Source: a virus
Direction: 5' to 3' (one strand)
IMG/VR virus record: IMGVR_UViG_3300045747_000454
Span: 52,034 to 116,033 of that record
Length of the DNA stretch: 64,000 nucleotides
Shown here: positions 47,626-57,023 of the stretch, in pieces
How the letters are laid out: each line of letters starts with the position of its first letter
Position numbering within the stretch: position 1 is the stretch's first letter
Notes under the pieces: model-generated
What the model saw: only the letters and a program-made list of their open reading frames with translations
The model's database searches: none
What the model was told of the DNA's origin: nothing
Position numbers and translations under genes: made by a program

Positions 47626-48652
47626 GCACGAACTCCTGGTTGTAGTACTGGTCGGTCTCCGCCGGCTCGTAGACGAACGGAGTATGGTCGAGCATATTAT
47701 ACCACGCCGTCTCAAGCGCAGTCTCAAGCTGATCGAGGTTGTCGATCGCCACTGGGTTGTCGATCAGGTTCGAGGTGAACGTCACCATTGGGCAACCGTA
47801 GTACAGAAACTCGACGGTGCCTGGGTGCAGGACCGTGTCGATGTCGTCGAGCATCACGATCATCGGCACCGAGTCGAGGTGACCGTAGTACTCGGCCTTC
47901 GTCGGCTTGATCCGTTGAACATAGTCTGGCAGCGCGTCGCCACTGCTCTCGTTCGGATCGGTGATGACGACGAACCAGCCCTTGTCGGCGAGGCCTTGGC
48001 GCTCGAACGCTTCGAGAAACTCAGTCCACTTGTAGGCCTTGTCGGACAGGCGGAACGGCCAGAAGATCAGCATCGGGTCGCAGGCCGGCGGCGTTGGCTT
48101 GGACTTCGGCAACAGCAGCGAGTGCGCGCACTTCAGATCGAAGAAGACACGGTCGATCAGGTCCGGACGAACCTCGAGGATGTACTCGCGCTGTCGAGGG
48201 TTGATGACCGTCGTGAAGAGCGATTGCTCGATCGACTTCAGATCCTTCTCGAAGAACTTGTCGATGTACGGCCGATCGAGCTCTGGCAGCTTCGTGATGT
48301 TGAAGTTGTAGATGACCGGCAGCTTGCCGTAGTAGCCAGTGATGTCGGTGATCAGCAGGTCGAAGCCGTGAATCTTGTCCACGTCGTTCGCAGCCCAGAA
48401 GATCTCACGAGTCTCGACGGCATTCTCGCCGTACTCGAACGGACGAATCTTGATGCGGTCGGTTCGAGCGTGAACGAAGGCAGCGGCCTCAGCGTAGTCG
48501 CTCGAGTTGAGCGGCACGCCGAGCGCGACGTAGTCGAAGTCGGACGCGAGCGCGCGAGCTAGAGCCAGCTGAAAGTTGCCATCCTTGAGGATGGCGTACT
48601 TGCCGGTCTCATAGCTGCGCATCGAGAAGATGGGCAGCCAGAGCGCTCTCAT
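47609..48652 (-). CDS. putative DNA glycosyltransferase (GT-B-like)
   Basis: 347 aa; FDLLITDITG, IFWPFRLSDK.Y, late H.G.VEFLYYGCPMV resemble GT-B motifs; lies between the TS-like gene and the kinase. Confidence 0.55.
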   Translation of the reverse strand: MRALWLPIFSMRSYETGKYAILKDGNFQLALARALASDFDYVALGVPLNSSDYAEAAAFVHARTDRIKIRPFEYGENAVETREIFWAANDVDKIHGFDLLITDITGYYGKLPVIYNFNITKLPELDRPYIDKFFEKDLKSIEQSLFTTVINPRQREYILEVRPDLIDRVFFDLKCAHSLLLPKSKPTPPACDPMLIFWPFRLSDKAYKWTEFLEAFERQGLADKGWFVVITDPNESSGDALPDYVQRIKPTKAEYYGHLDSVPMIVMLDDIDTVLHPGTVEFLYYGCPMVTFTSNLIDNPVAIDNLDQLETALETAWYNMLDHTPFVYEPAETDQYYNQEFVRVCKN

Positions 48653-49602
48653 TGCGAAGCGACCTTCAGGTCAGGCATCGTCGGCACGAAGCTGTTCCAG
48701 CCACCGGTGGTTGGCGGCTCAACACCATCCTCGTCGTTGAAGATCACCGCAGCCGGGACCGTGATCGTCTTGATCTGCGGCGGTGCCTTCTTCTGAATCA
48801 CGCCAATGCGACCGTCTTCGGCGTCGGCCAGAATCTTGTCGACCAACGGCTGCTCACGCTCGAAGTAGTGAGCGCTGACGATGTTGTGATGGTAGATGCC
48901 GAGCTCGAGCGCTGGGTGCACGGCCTTCAGCGCCTTCCACAGGTACTCGTGCAGCATCGTCATGTTGAACACGTCGTAGCAGAGGGTGAGGACCATGTTG
49001 TTGGAGCGCATGTGGGTGTACATGTTCAGATGACCGTCGCGAATCAGCCACGTGAAGGAGTCGGTACATGGGTACTCTTCCTTCGTGTCGGTGCCGAGCA
49101 TGTTGAGGTCGTCCTCGTTCAGCACGTGAATGACGCAGCGACGTGAGTCAGGGTCGCGCGTCAGCTCTTCGATGATGAAGGGCAGCTGCTTGAGAATGCG
49201 CGGACCGTACGCCGTCGAGAAGTTCGTCGGCATCGCCTTGTCGTCCTTCGGCTTGTCGATGAACTCGACCGCGTGCTTGTTGGCGCCGGAGACGTAGGAG
49301 AAGTCGGTGTCGCCGTTGACCATCCAGATGAAGAACTTCATCGCGAACTCGTAGTTGACCTCGCGAGCCTTGTTCCAGACCATGCGGTCGCGCGGGTCGG
49401 TCAGCTCGAAGGTCAGGTTCGTGATCTCACGCGAACCAACGCCACGCGGCGACGGGGTGTACTCGGGATTCTCCTTCAGCATGCGCAGCATGTCGAGGTA
49501 GATCGTCTCGAAGTTGTTGCCGATGAAGTACTTCTGCGTTGCGCAAACGGCCCAGAACTCGCCAGCGGCCTGTTCGTCATCGGAGGTGTAGTCGAGAGTC
49601 AT
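48649..49602 (-). CDS. thymidylate-synthase-fold dCMP-modifying enzyme (dCMP hydroxymethylase-like)
   Basis: AYGPR, DPDSRR, YPCT catalytic Cys, MRSNN..L.L.YD (Asp at the TS Asn177 position), SAHYF; start ATG 49602. Confidence 0.85.
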   Translation of the reverse strand: MTLDYTSDDEQAAGEFWAVCATQKYFIGNNFETIYLDMLRMLKENPEYTPSPRGVGSREITNLTFELTDPRDRMVWNKAREVNYEFAMKFFIWMVNGDTDFSYVSGANKHAVEFIDKPKDDKAMPTNFSTAYGPRILKQLPFIIEELTRDPDSRRCVIHVLNEDDLNMLGTDTKEEYPCTDSFTWLIRDGHLNMYTHMRSNNMVLTLCYDVFNMTMLHEYLWKALKAVHPALELGIYHHNIVSAHYFEREQPLVDKILADAEDGRIGVIQKKAPPQIKTITVPAAVIFNDEDGVEPPTTGGWNSFVPTMPDLKVASQ

Positions 49603-50114
49603 GATTGTCCTTGAAGGTTGAAGCCGGTGTTGTAGGCTGAGGTGAGATAGGCGTCGGCGAGGGCTGGCGTCATGCGTGGGCCCACGTTGCTGCAGACGTG
49701 AAAGGAGGGATGAAGGCCACAGTAGCGCATGGCATCGCCAAGATAGGTCAGGTCTGGATCCTTGTCCTGACCCAGCGTGATGAAGCACGTCACTGGGATG
49801 TTCAGCGTTGGTGTCATTCTACCAAGCTTCTCATCGTACTTGAACGCCATGTCCCGGACGAAGACTGTTTGAAGCAGGTCGACGAGCTTGGCCGGCGGCA
49901 TCTCCCACCAGCACGGGTAGACGAAGTTGATGTGCTCTGCCCAACCCGTTGTCACAAGCCGATGAACGAAGTCAGAGCAGCCGCCGTCGAAGGCGTGCGC
50001 GCGTCGAACCCAATGTTTGGCGTCGTCAGCACCCTTGTGAAACTTGTCCGCCAACTGATGACAGAACGATCCATGGCGTGGATCGGGGTGAGCGATGATT
50101 TGAAGGACGTTCAT
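49599..50114 (-). CDS. flavodoxin-fold NAD(P)H oxidoreductase (Flavodoxin_2-like)
   Basis: VL.IIAHP...SF...LA; A..I.FVYP.WW..PPA.L...L..VF..D.AF. Confidence 0.8.
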   Translation of the reverse strand: MNVLQIIAHPDPRHGSFCHQLADKFHKGADDAKHWVRRAHAFDGGCSDFVHRLVTTGWAEHINFVYPCWWEMPPAKLVDLLQTVFVRDMAFKYDEKLGRMTPTLNIPVTCFITLGQDKDPDLTYLGDAMRYCGLHPSFHVCSNVGPRMTPALADAYLTSAYNTGFNLQGQS

Positions 50115-50272
50115 GGTCTTTCCGTAGTGATGAGCAGATTGTATCTTATCGGCGGCACGCCTCGACCCGTCTTCAGGATCAACGAACCGCCTGCTCAGGA
50201 TGCACCAAAATTTCAGTGCCCTCGCATAAATAGGTCATCACACTGCTCTATGAGCTCACAGGAGATAAGACA

Positions 50273-50866
50273 ATGGCAACACTGGCTAACATGGGTATTC
50301 CGGGCGCCGGCGCTGGTATTCTTCACCCACGCCTTCGCAACAAGTTCCGCATCACGTTTCTGAACATTGGTCAGCTCGTGCCAGGCACCAACTCACGCAA
50401 CATGACAATGCAGGTCACGACGATCACGCTGCCGAACATCTCGTTCACCGAAGTTGTTCTGCATCGTTACAACTCGACTGCGTACATCGCCGGCAAGCAC
50501 GAGTGGCAGCCAATCAACGTGACGGTCGAAGACGACATCACCGGCCTCGCCGCCACGGTTGTCAAGGCTCAGCTCGAGACTCAAGGTCGCATCATCGGCG
50601 TTGACCTCGACGGTCGTTGGCTGAACACTGCTGCCACTGGCTCGGACTACAAGTTCGGCGCCAAGATCGATCAGCTCGACGGCGACGAAGGCGTTGTTCA
50701 GACCTGGATCCTTGAAGGCTGCTTCATCGCTTCCGCTGACTTCGGCGATCGTGACTACTCGGCTTCTGAAGCCGCTACCATCGTGATGTCGATTCGCTTC
50801 GACCACGCTCGCCACATCGAGACCGGCGCTGGCTACGGTACTGCGCTCGGCGGTAACGTCGCTTAA
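50273..50866 (+). CDS. tail tube protein, gp19-like
   Basis: P.LRNKFR..F; LP..SF.EV....YNS..YIAGKHEW.PI...EDD; DYKF; QLDG; W.LEGCF; IRFDHA; TAAATA at 50227. Confidence 0.93.
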   Translation: MATLANMGIPGAGAGILHPRLRNKFRITFLNIGQLVPGTNSRNMTMQVTTITLPNISFTEVVLHRYNSTAYIAGKHEWQPINVTVEDDITGLAATVVKAQLETQGRIIGVDLDGRWLNTAATGSDYKFGAKIDQLDGDEGVVQTWILEGCFIASADFGDRDYSASEAATIVMSIRFDHARHIETGAGYGTALGGNVA

Positions 50867-50885
50867 GCTTTCACGAGCACATTGG

Positions 50886-50907
50886 AACGGGACCCTAGGG
50901 TCCCGTT
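50886..50907. terminator. perfect 22-bp palindrome/hairpin after the tube gene
   Basis: AACGGGACCCTAGGGTCCCGTT. Confidence 0.65.
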
Positions 50908-50955
50908 GTCGTATCCTGAAAGCAGATAAATAGGTTCATCACACTTGGACCGTAA

Positions 50956-52317
50956 ATGCCAGCATCAATCAAAGGCCTACTGAACGACTCGCAGATCGCG
51001 CTTGAGAAGCAAGCGTCCGATAAGTTCGGTGCGGCGGTTGAGGGCTTCGCGCACGGCACGCTCGGGCTTACTGATCCGAACAAGGTTCAACCAAAGGTCA
51101 ATCGCAATGATGGGTCGTGGTACGCAACGTCCTACGCTGCGGCTCTTGCTGGTGCCTCAGACTTTCGCCCGAAGCTTAAGTTCCTCTTCAAGGTCGAGTT
51201 CAACTTCACCCCAGAAGCTCAGAAGGTCATCAACACCGTTCCAAATCTGAAGAGCAAAGAGTTCTCGTTCATGATCAAGCAGGTTGACCGCCCGAAGATT
51301 ACCTTCGAGTACGAAGAGGGCGTCAACATGTACAACTTTCGCACGAAGGCGCTGAAGAACATTCAGCACCGAGAGTTGACGATGATCTTCATGGACGACG
51401 TTGGCAATCGCGTCTTCGACTTCTTCCGTGTCATGATGATGATTCACTCTCCAATCACGCAGCGTGCTGTTGCTCGTGATGGCACGATGCTACCGCCAGA
51501 GCGCATTCAAGCTTCGTACAATGCCGGCAACAGCATGGCATTCACGCAGCTGACTGAGAACATGCTCAACAAGCAGGCGGCGAACAATAAGGACAACGCT
51601 CACCGCGCCGTCGTCAACTCGACGTTCGGCAACTCTATTGAGAGCATTCGAGTCAAGCAAATCTTCGTCAACCCAATGAAGGGTCTGGCAGACGCAGTTG
51701 AGATGGTCTCGTACGACTTCATCAATCCACGCATCACCAACTTTGACCTTGATGAGCTGTCGCACGAGAGCAATGAAGTCAATCTGCTGACAATGGTCTT
51801 CGACTACGACTGGATGGAAATGGTCGACATCGGCACCATCGGTTCGAAGACCGTGTCATACGGCGATGATCAGAAGCAACAGATGATGGCGAAGGGGTTG
51901 CACGGCGCCCCAACCGACATCTCACCAAACAGCGTGAATGGCGGCACCAACGCTACTGCTGCTGGTGGCAACAAGGGATTGTCTGGTGCGCTCGGCTCCA
52001 TCGTCGATCGCCAGCTCACGAACGTCTCAAAGGACCTCGCCTCAAAGGCGCTCAAGACCGTGGCAGGCAATGGACGCTTCGCTAACGTCATCTCACAGCA
52101 AGCTGGCAGCGCCTTTGGCGGTGCTGGCGACGCACTGTTGAATGGCGCCGTATCTGGCATTGGCGGTCTGCTCAGCAGCGCCACGAACCCGAATGGGCGC
52201 ACCGCGTCCAATGTTAGCTCATCATCTCGCCCTGGCGCAGACTCAACTTCGACTGGCACACCGTCAATGACGCAGGTGACATCGACTGGCGTTGACATCC
52301 CTTACGGACAGACCTAA
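50956..52317 (+). CDS. tail-tube-like baseplate junction protein (gp54-like), putative
   Basis: PKLKFLFKVEF; K.VDRPK..F; N.YN; INPRIT.FD.DELS; L...FDYD; G/S-rich tail. Confidence 0.65.
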   Translation: MPASIKGLLNDSQIALEKQASDKFGAAVEGFAHGTLGLTDPNKVQPKVNRNDGSWYATSYAAALAGASDFRPKLKFLFKVEFNFTPEAQKVINTVPNLKSKEFSFMIKQVDRPKITFEYEEGVNMYNFRTKALKNIQHRELTMIFMDDVGNRVFDFFRVMMMIHSPITQRAVARDGTMLPPERIQASYNAGNSMAFTQLTENMLNKQAANNKDNAHRAVVNSTFGNSIESIRVKQIFVNPMKGLADAVEMVSYDFINPRITNFDLDELSHESNEVNLLTMVFDYDWMEMVDIGTIGSKTVSYGDDQKQQMMAKGLHGAPTDISPNSVNGGTNATAAGGNKGLSGALGSIVDRQLTNVSKDLASKALKTVAGNGRFANVISQQAGSAFGGAGDALLNGAVSGIGGLLSSATNPNGRTASNVSSSSRPGADSTSTGTPSMTQVTSTGVDIPYGQT

Positions 52318-52769
52318 TGGCACATCAAGGTCGCTTCATTCCAAAGAACCCGCAGAAGTACGTGGGGCGCAGCACGAACCAAATCATGTTTCGGTCGTCG
52401 TGGGAGTGCGCCTTCATGAAGTGGCTCGACACCAACAATGCCATTCTGCGCTGGGGTTCAGAAGAGCTCGCCATTCCGTACGTGCATCCCTTTGACGGGC
52501 GCATGCATCGGTACTATCCAGACATGGTCATCATGTACATGGACACGACCGGCGCGGTCAAGCGCGAGATCATCGAGATCAAGCCGCACAAGGAAAGCGT
52601 TGTGACGCCAAAGATGACCGATCGCGATCGTCAAGCGCTCATGATCAATCAAGCAAAGTGGAAGTACGCCGCTGAGTACGCCGAGAAGAACGGCGCAGTC
52701 TTTCGCGTGCTCACTGAGCAAACCATGTTCAAGCAAAAGCCGAAGAAGGCAGTAGGAGCAGCAGTATGA
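52317..52769 (+). CDS. head completion protein, T4 gp4-like (TnsA-type nuclease)
   Basis: GRF.PKNPQKY.G; FRSSWE; W.SEE..IPY; RYYPD; IEIKP; NQAKW; F.VLTE. Confidence 0.93.
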   Translation: MAHQGRFIPKNPQKYVGRSTNQIMFRSSWECAFMKWLDTNNAILRWGSEELAIPYVHPFDGRMHRYYPDMVIMYMDTTGAVKREIIEIKPHKESVVTPKMTDRDRQALMINQAKWKYAAEYAEKNGAVFRVLTEQTMFKQKPKKAVGAAV

Positions 52770-53053
52770 AGGTCAATGAACTACTCGATGAAGGTTGGGC
52801 GAGCAAGACAGCGATGATCGCTGCGCCATTCGCTATCGCCGTTGGGACTGCCTACGTTGCGCCAAAGGCAACGATCGACGGCAACACCTACGACAAGACA
52901 ACGATCCACATGATGGACAAGGCAAAGGACCTCAAGCACGGCGTGACCACGCTGCACGGCAAGAAGGTCAAGGTCGTGTACGGCACCGTCACGTCGCAAG
53001 CAAAGGGTGGTCCACGCGACATCAAGGTCTACGCAGTGAAGGACGACCAATGA
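52766..53053 (+). CDS. small protein with leader MKVNELLDE and a hydrophobic segment
   Basis: AGGAG RBS; ATGA overlaps at both ends. Confidence 0.65.
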   Translation: MKVNELLDEGWASKTAMIAAPFAIAVGTAYVAPKATIDGNTYDKTTIHMMDKAKDLKHGVTTLHGKKVKVVYGTVTSQAKGGPRDIKVYAVKDDQ

Positions 53054-53520
53054 GCGACGTTCGCACTCTCGGCAAGGTCAAGATTACCAACCCATTGGAT
53101 GATCTCTTCAACACGCTGCCGAACGATCTCGAAGAGGCGGACAACTACGTTGGCGTCACTGAGGGTGAGCTCGCGGTAGCGCAGGGCAACGATGGCACCG
53201 CGGTCGTCGAGAAGGACGACGAGGACATCGAGATCGATCGCAAGGTCGATGAGGTCTACGAGGCAGCCATCGGCGCCTTCAACACGCAGACCGCCTACCT
53301 CGAGGTCATCGAGCCACGCTACGCCGCTCGCAACGCAGAGGTCGCCGCTAACTATCTGAACATCGCGCTGAACGCAGCGTCGGTGCGCGCCAAGGTCAAG
53401 GGTGATCGCAAGAAGAACGCAGCGTTCGTACCGTTCTCAAACAACAAGACAAGCGGTGCGGTCGTCGCCTCGCGTGAAGATCTGCTGCGCATGATGGCAA
53501 CGGACGCGGAGCTGAAGTGA
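53050..53520 (+). CDS. putative terminase small subunit (gp16-like)
   Basis: EPRY.AR..EVA..YL..AL.A...K and C-terminal VVASREDLLRM; start ATG 53050. Confidence 0.6.
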   Translation: MSDVRTLGKVKITNPLDDLFNTLPNDLEEADNYVGVTEGELAVAQGNDGTAVVEKDDEDIEIDRKVDEVYEAAIGAFNTQTAYLEVIEPRYAARNAEVAANYLNIALNAASVRAKVKGDRKKNAAFVPFSNNKTSGAVVASREDLLRMMATDAELK

Positions 53521-54425
53521 TCACGTTCAAGCAGTTCCTTAGCCTCGGCGAGGCTATCATCAAGCCGTGGGAGCAGTTCTCCGTTGAGACGGAGAAGGCT
53601 GTCGGCATGCTGAACTCCTCGCATCGTGATGGTCTCAAGGCCATCACGACCGGCGGGCTGCTGTTCCGCGGGTTCAAGGAGCTCGGCGTTGAGCGTGGCT
53701 CGATGGCGATCGTCGATCCATCGAAGGGCGAGCGCACCTCACGCGACTCGAACAACATGTATCAGCTCGCGATGGATCGCTCTGCTGCGCTGAAGGATTA
53801 TCCGTCTCGCAGCAAGGCGCTCATCTGCTCGACGAGCGCCTACGACGCTCGCCACTACGGTACGCCGTACGTCATCGTGCCAGTCGACGGTACGAAGATT
53901 GCGGTGTCGCAGTCTGAAGACTTCGCAACTGAGACGTTCATGAAGGGCAGCTTCACCTCGTCCGTTGAAAGCTTCAGCACGCTGCTACGGCGCGTCGCTG
54001 AGCAACTCAAGATTGATCACCGCGGTGATGGCAAGTTCACTGATGCTGATGCGCTCAATCGTGTCTTCGACTCTAAGACGCCTGAAGAGATCGCTGAGGC
54101 ATTCGACTCGTACAGCTACTGTGTGATATCGAAAGAAGATTTGATCGACTTCTTTGAGAAGCACAAGAAGAATCGCTTTGACGCGATCGCCACGTTCAGC
54201 TTTACACCAGCGACGATCAGCACTCGCCTCGTCGAGTACGGCGAGAACCTTGAACCAATCTACGACTACGAGTGCTGGCTCAGCGCGCGCTGCATGGCAA
54301 TCCCGTGCCCGATGTTCGGCGACATTCTGAATCGACTTAAGGAGCAGAGCTTCCCGATTCACGCTAAGTACAAGACGATGATGGAAAACGGAATCTTTCC
54401 AAAGATGATTGGGCGACAAGAGTGA
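53517..54425 (+). CDS. array-2A paralogue 1, putative ART-fold internal head protein
   Basis: LLFRG / RTSRDSNN.YQL / RS..LICSTS...A.HYG / ECW; leader MITFKQFL. Confidence 0.62.
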   Translation: MITFKQFLSLGEAIIKPWEQFSVETEKAVGMLNSSHRDGLKAITTGGLLFRGFKELGVERGSMAIVDPSKGERTSRDSNNMYQLAMDRSAALKDYPSRSKALICSTSAYDARHYGTPYVIVPVDGTKIAVSQSEDFATETFMKGSFTSSVESFSTLLRRVAEQLKIDHRGDGKFTDADALNRVFDSKTPEEIAEAFDSYSYCVISKEDLIDFFEKHKKNRFDAIATFSFTPATISTRLVEYGENLEPIYDYECWLSARCMAIPCPMFGDILNRLKEQSFPIHAKYKTMMENGIFPKMIGRQE

Positions 54426-55291
54426 TCACCTTCAAGCAATACCTCAACGAGGTCATTCTCAAGAAGTGGGAGGAGGAGCCAGTCGAACACGACAAGCTCT
54501 TCGACCTGCTGATAAAGAGCGAGTCAGCGCTGAAGGCTATCGAGAACGGTGGGCTGCTGTTCCGCGGCTTCAATACAGCGACCGTCAAGGACTCTGTCTA
54601 CATCGACCCGACGTCTGCTGCCCGCACCTCACGCGACTCGTACAACCTGTATCAGCTTGGTATGGACCGGTCTGTCTCGCTACAAGACTATCCGAAGCGC
54701 TCGCACTCGCTCATCTGCTCGACGAGCTGGCACCACGCTGATGACTATGGAAACGTGTTCGTCGTGTTTCCACCGAACAACGCGAAGGTCGTGATGTCGA
54801 ACGTCTCAGACTTTCTAGAGCAGCCGATTGAGAGCGACTTTGGTAGTCGCGTCACAAGCCTCGACAAGTTCTTTCGACGCCTCTGCAATCTGCTCGACAT
54901 CGAGCCTAATGAGCAGGGCAAGTTCATCGACGCTAAGCCAATCAACGCTGCACTCGACGCCGTCACATCGCGCCGTGCTGCCGAGCTCGTGTTCGACGCA
55001 GCATCACCGGCAGACCTCATCTACTACGAAAAGTTCTTCGAGACGCACAAGCGCAATCGCTTTGACGCGCTCGCCAGCGATGAGCTGACACCACGAGCTC
55101 TTGAGCTGCGCCTCAAGAAGTTTGGCGAGACGCTCTCTCCTGATCGCGGCGTCGAGTGCTGGGTTGACACGCGCTGCCTCGTCATCGCAGTGTCGCGCTT
55201 CGCCTCAATCATTCGACAGCTTGAGGATGCCGACTACTCAATCTATCGACAGTACATCGGTGACGCGACCGCGTGGCACTACAAGAACTAA
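54422..55291 (+). CDS. array-2A paralogue 2, putative ART-fold internal head protein
   Basis: LLFRG / SLICSTS...ADDYG / ECW; leader MITFKQYLNE. Confidence 0.62.
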   Translation: MITFKQYLNEVILKKWEEEPVEHDKLFDLLIKSESALKAIENGGLLFRGFNTATVKDSVYIDPTSAARTSRDSYNLYQLGMDRSVSLQDYPKRSHSLICSTSWHHADDYGNVFVVFPPNNAKVVMSNVSDFLEQPIESDFGSRVTSLDKFFRRLCNLLDIEPNEQGKFIDAKPINAALDAVTSRRAAELVFDAASPADLIYYEKFFETHKRNRFDALASDELTPRALELRLKKFGETLSPDRGVECWVDTRCLVIAVSRFASIIRQLEDADYSIYRQYIGDATAWHYKN

Positions 55292-55293
55292 CT

Positions 55294-56157
55294 ATGCTGA
55301 CCTTCAAAGAATACCTGGAAGAAGCCGTTCTCAAGCCGTGGAAAGAGAAGGACATCGACACCAAGAAGCTGACGAAGCGATTGAGCGAGACGCACTCGAA
55401 CTGGTTGTCTGCCGTGACGAATGGTGGACTGCTGTTCCGTGGTCAGCACGACATACACGGTGAGGTTCGTCAGATCAATCCAGCGAAGGGTCTTCGCTCG
55501 TCGCGCGACACGAACAACATCTATCAGCTCGCGATGGACATCTCACCAGCAATGAAGCTCTATCCATCGCGCGGTAAGTCGCTCATCTGCTCAACAACGC
55601 CAAGTGGTGCCAGCACCTACGGCTACGCGTACGCGCTCATTCCGGCAAACGACGCGAAGATTGCCGTCTCTGAAGAGGGTGACTTTCTCGAGCAGACTAT
55701 TCACGATTCGATTGTGTGCGATGAGATTCGAGCCTTCGGACCTGACCTTCAACGTCTAGTAAAAGACTGCGGCGGCGAGGTCAAAGATACGTTTGAAACG
55801 GCAGCAGAGCTCAACAAGATCTTCTCCAAGCTCAATGCGAAGAAGTTCACAACAGCGCTTGTTGCCCGCGCGTCAAACACAATTGACTCTGGCGCTCAAG
55901 CGATGCTGCTCAAGGAGTTTGAGCGAAACGTTCACAACCGCTTCGACTATCTCGCCGCTGATTCAATGTCGCCTCTTCAGCTCGATCTTCGCCTGGTTCC
56001 GTACGGATCCTTTCTCAGCGACAAGAGCGTCGAGTGCTGGGTCTCATCGAAGTGCCTCATGATTCCGATGAAGATCTTCAAGGGCATGTTGCAAGAGCTA
56101 GACAAGAGCGGACACGAGATCGCTCACAAGTACGCTAGCATGGCGTGGCAAACATGA
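55294..56157 (+). CDS. array-2A paralogue 3, putative ART-fold internal head protein
   Basis: LLFRG / SLICSTT...ASTYG / ECW; leader MLTFKEYLEE (ATG 55294). Confidence 0.62.
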   Translation: MLTFKEYLEEAVLKPWKEKDIDTKKLTKRLSETHSNWLSAVTNGGLLFRGQHDIHGEVRQINPAKGLRSSRDTNNIYQLAMDISPAMKLYPSRGKSLICSTTPSGASTYGYAYALIPANDAKIAVSEEGDFLEQTIHDSIVCDEIRAFGPDLQRLVKDCGGEVKDTFETAAELNKIFSKLNAKKFTTALVARASNTIDSGAQAMLLKEFERNVHNRFDYLAADSMSPLQLDLRLVPYGSFLSDKSVECWVSSKCLMIPMKIFKGMLQELDKSGHEIAHKYASMAWQT

Positions 56158-57023
56158 TCACCTTCAAAGAGTTCCTCGCCGAGAAGGTCATCAAGAAGTG
56201 GGAGAGCCAGAATCTCACGGTTCGCAAGGCGATCGACATTCTGAACACCTCACATCGGGACGGGCTTAGCGCCATCTCTAACGGTGGGCTGCTGTTTCGT
56301 GGCAATGAGAACGCGCCTGACGCCATTCACACGATCGACCCGCGAACTGGCATTCGAACCTCAAGAGACTCGAACAGCCTGTACCAGCTCGCAATGGAGC
56401 GCTCGACAGCGCTGCAAGACTATCCGTCTCGCAGCAAGTCGCTCATCTGCTCGACGAGCTTTCTAAACGCCAACGCCTATGGTTCGGTGTACGTTGTGAT
56501 TCCAGAGGATGGAACGCAGATTGCTGTTTATGAGAAGCGAGATCTGCTCTACGCCAAGTACAAGACCGGCACCTTCACTCAAGGTCTTGAGAGCTTCAGC
56601 TACCAGCTTGAAAATCTTGCCACTAGTCTTGGCTACGAGCCTAAGGGATACAAGTTCACGGACGCTGCCATGGTCAACAAAGCTTTCGCAAAGGCGACGG
56701 CTGAGGAGTTCGTCACTGAGCTGGCTGCCGCGATGCCGAAGACATTCAACTGGCCAACGTACACCAAGATCTTCGAGAAGGTCAAGAACAATCGCTTCGA
56801 CTACATCGCCTCGCAAGACCTAACCCCGGCAACTTTGAAGCTGAGCCTGCATAAATACGGCAGTGCCCTCGGTGTCACGAACGTCAACAGCCCTCACGGA
56901 AAAGAGTGCTGGTTCTCAGCAAAGGCGATCTTGATTCCAGTCAGCATCTTTCGCGAGATTCTGACTGAGCTGGAGACGCAAGGACACCCGATTCACAAGG
57001 CTTACCAGAAGAACGCGATATGA
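56154..57023 (+). CDS. array-2A paralogue 4, putative ART-fold internal head protein
   Basis: LLFRG / SLICSTS...ANAYG / ECW; leader MITFKEFLAE (ATG 56154). Confidence 0.62.
   Translation: MITFKEFLAEKVIKKWESQNLTVRKAIDILNTSHRDGLSAISNGGLLFRGNENAPDAIHTIDPRTGIRTSRDSNSLYQLAMERSTALQDYPSRSKSLICSTSFLNANAYGSVYVVIPEDGTQIAVYEKRDLLYAKYKTGTFTQGLESFSYQLENLATSLGYEPKGYKFTDAAMVNKAFAKATAEEFVTELAAAMPKTFNWPTYTKIFEKVKNNRFDYIASQDLTPATLKLSLHKYGSALGVTNVNSPHGKECWFSAKAILIPVSIFREILTELETQGHPIHKAYQKNAI

Noticed and set aside
47417-48562. Long antisense or alternate-frame ORFs (for example 47417..48562 +, 12686..13450 -, 13463..14260 -, 44274..44972 -, 63044..63850 -)
   Set aside because: They are shadows of strongly codon-biased real genes, with no RBS, motifs or operon fit
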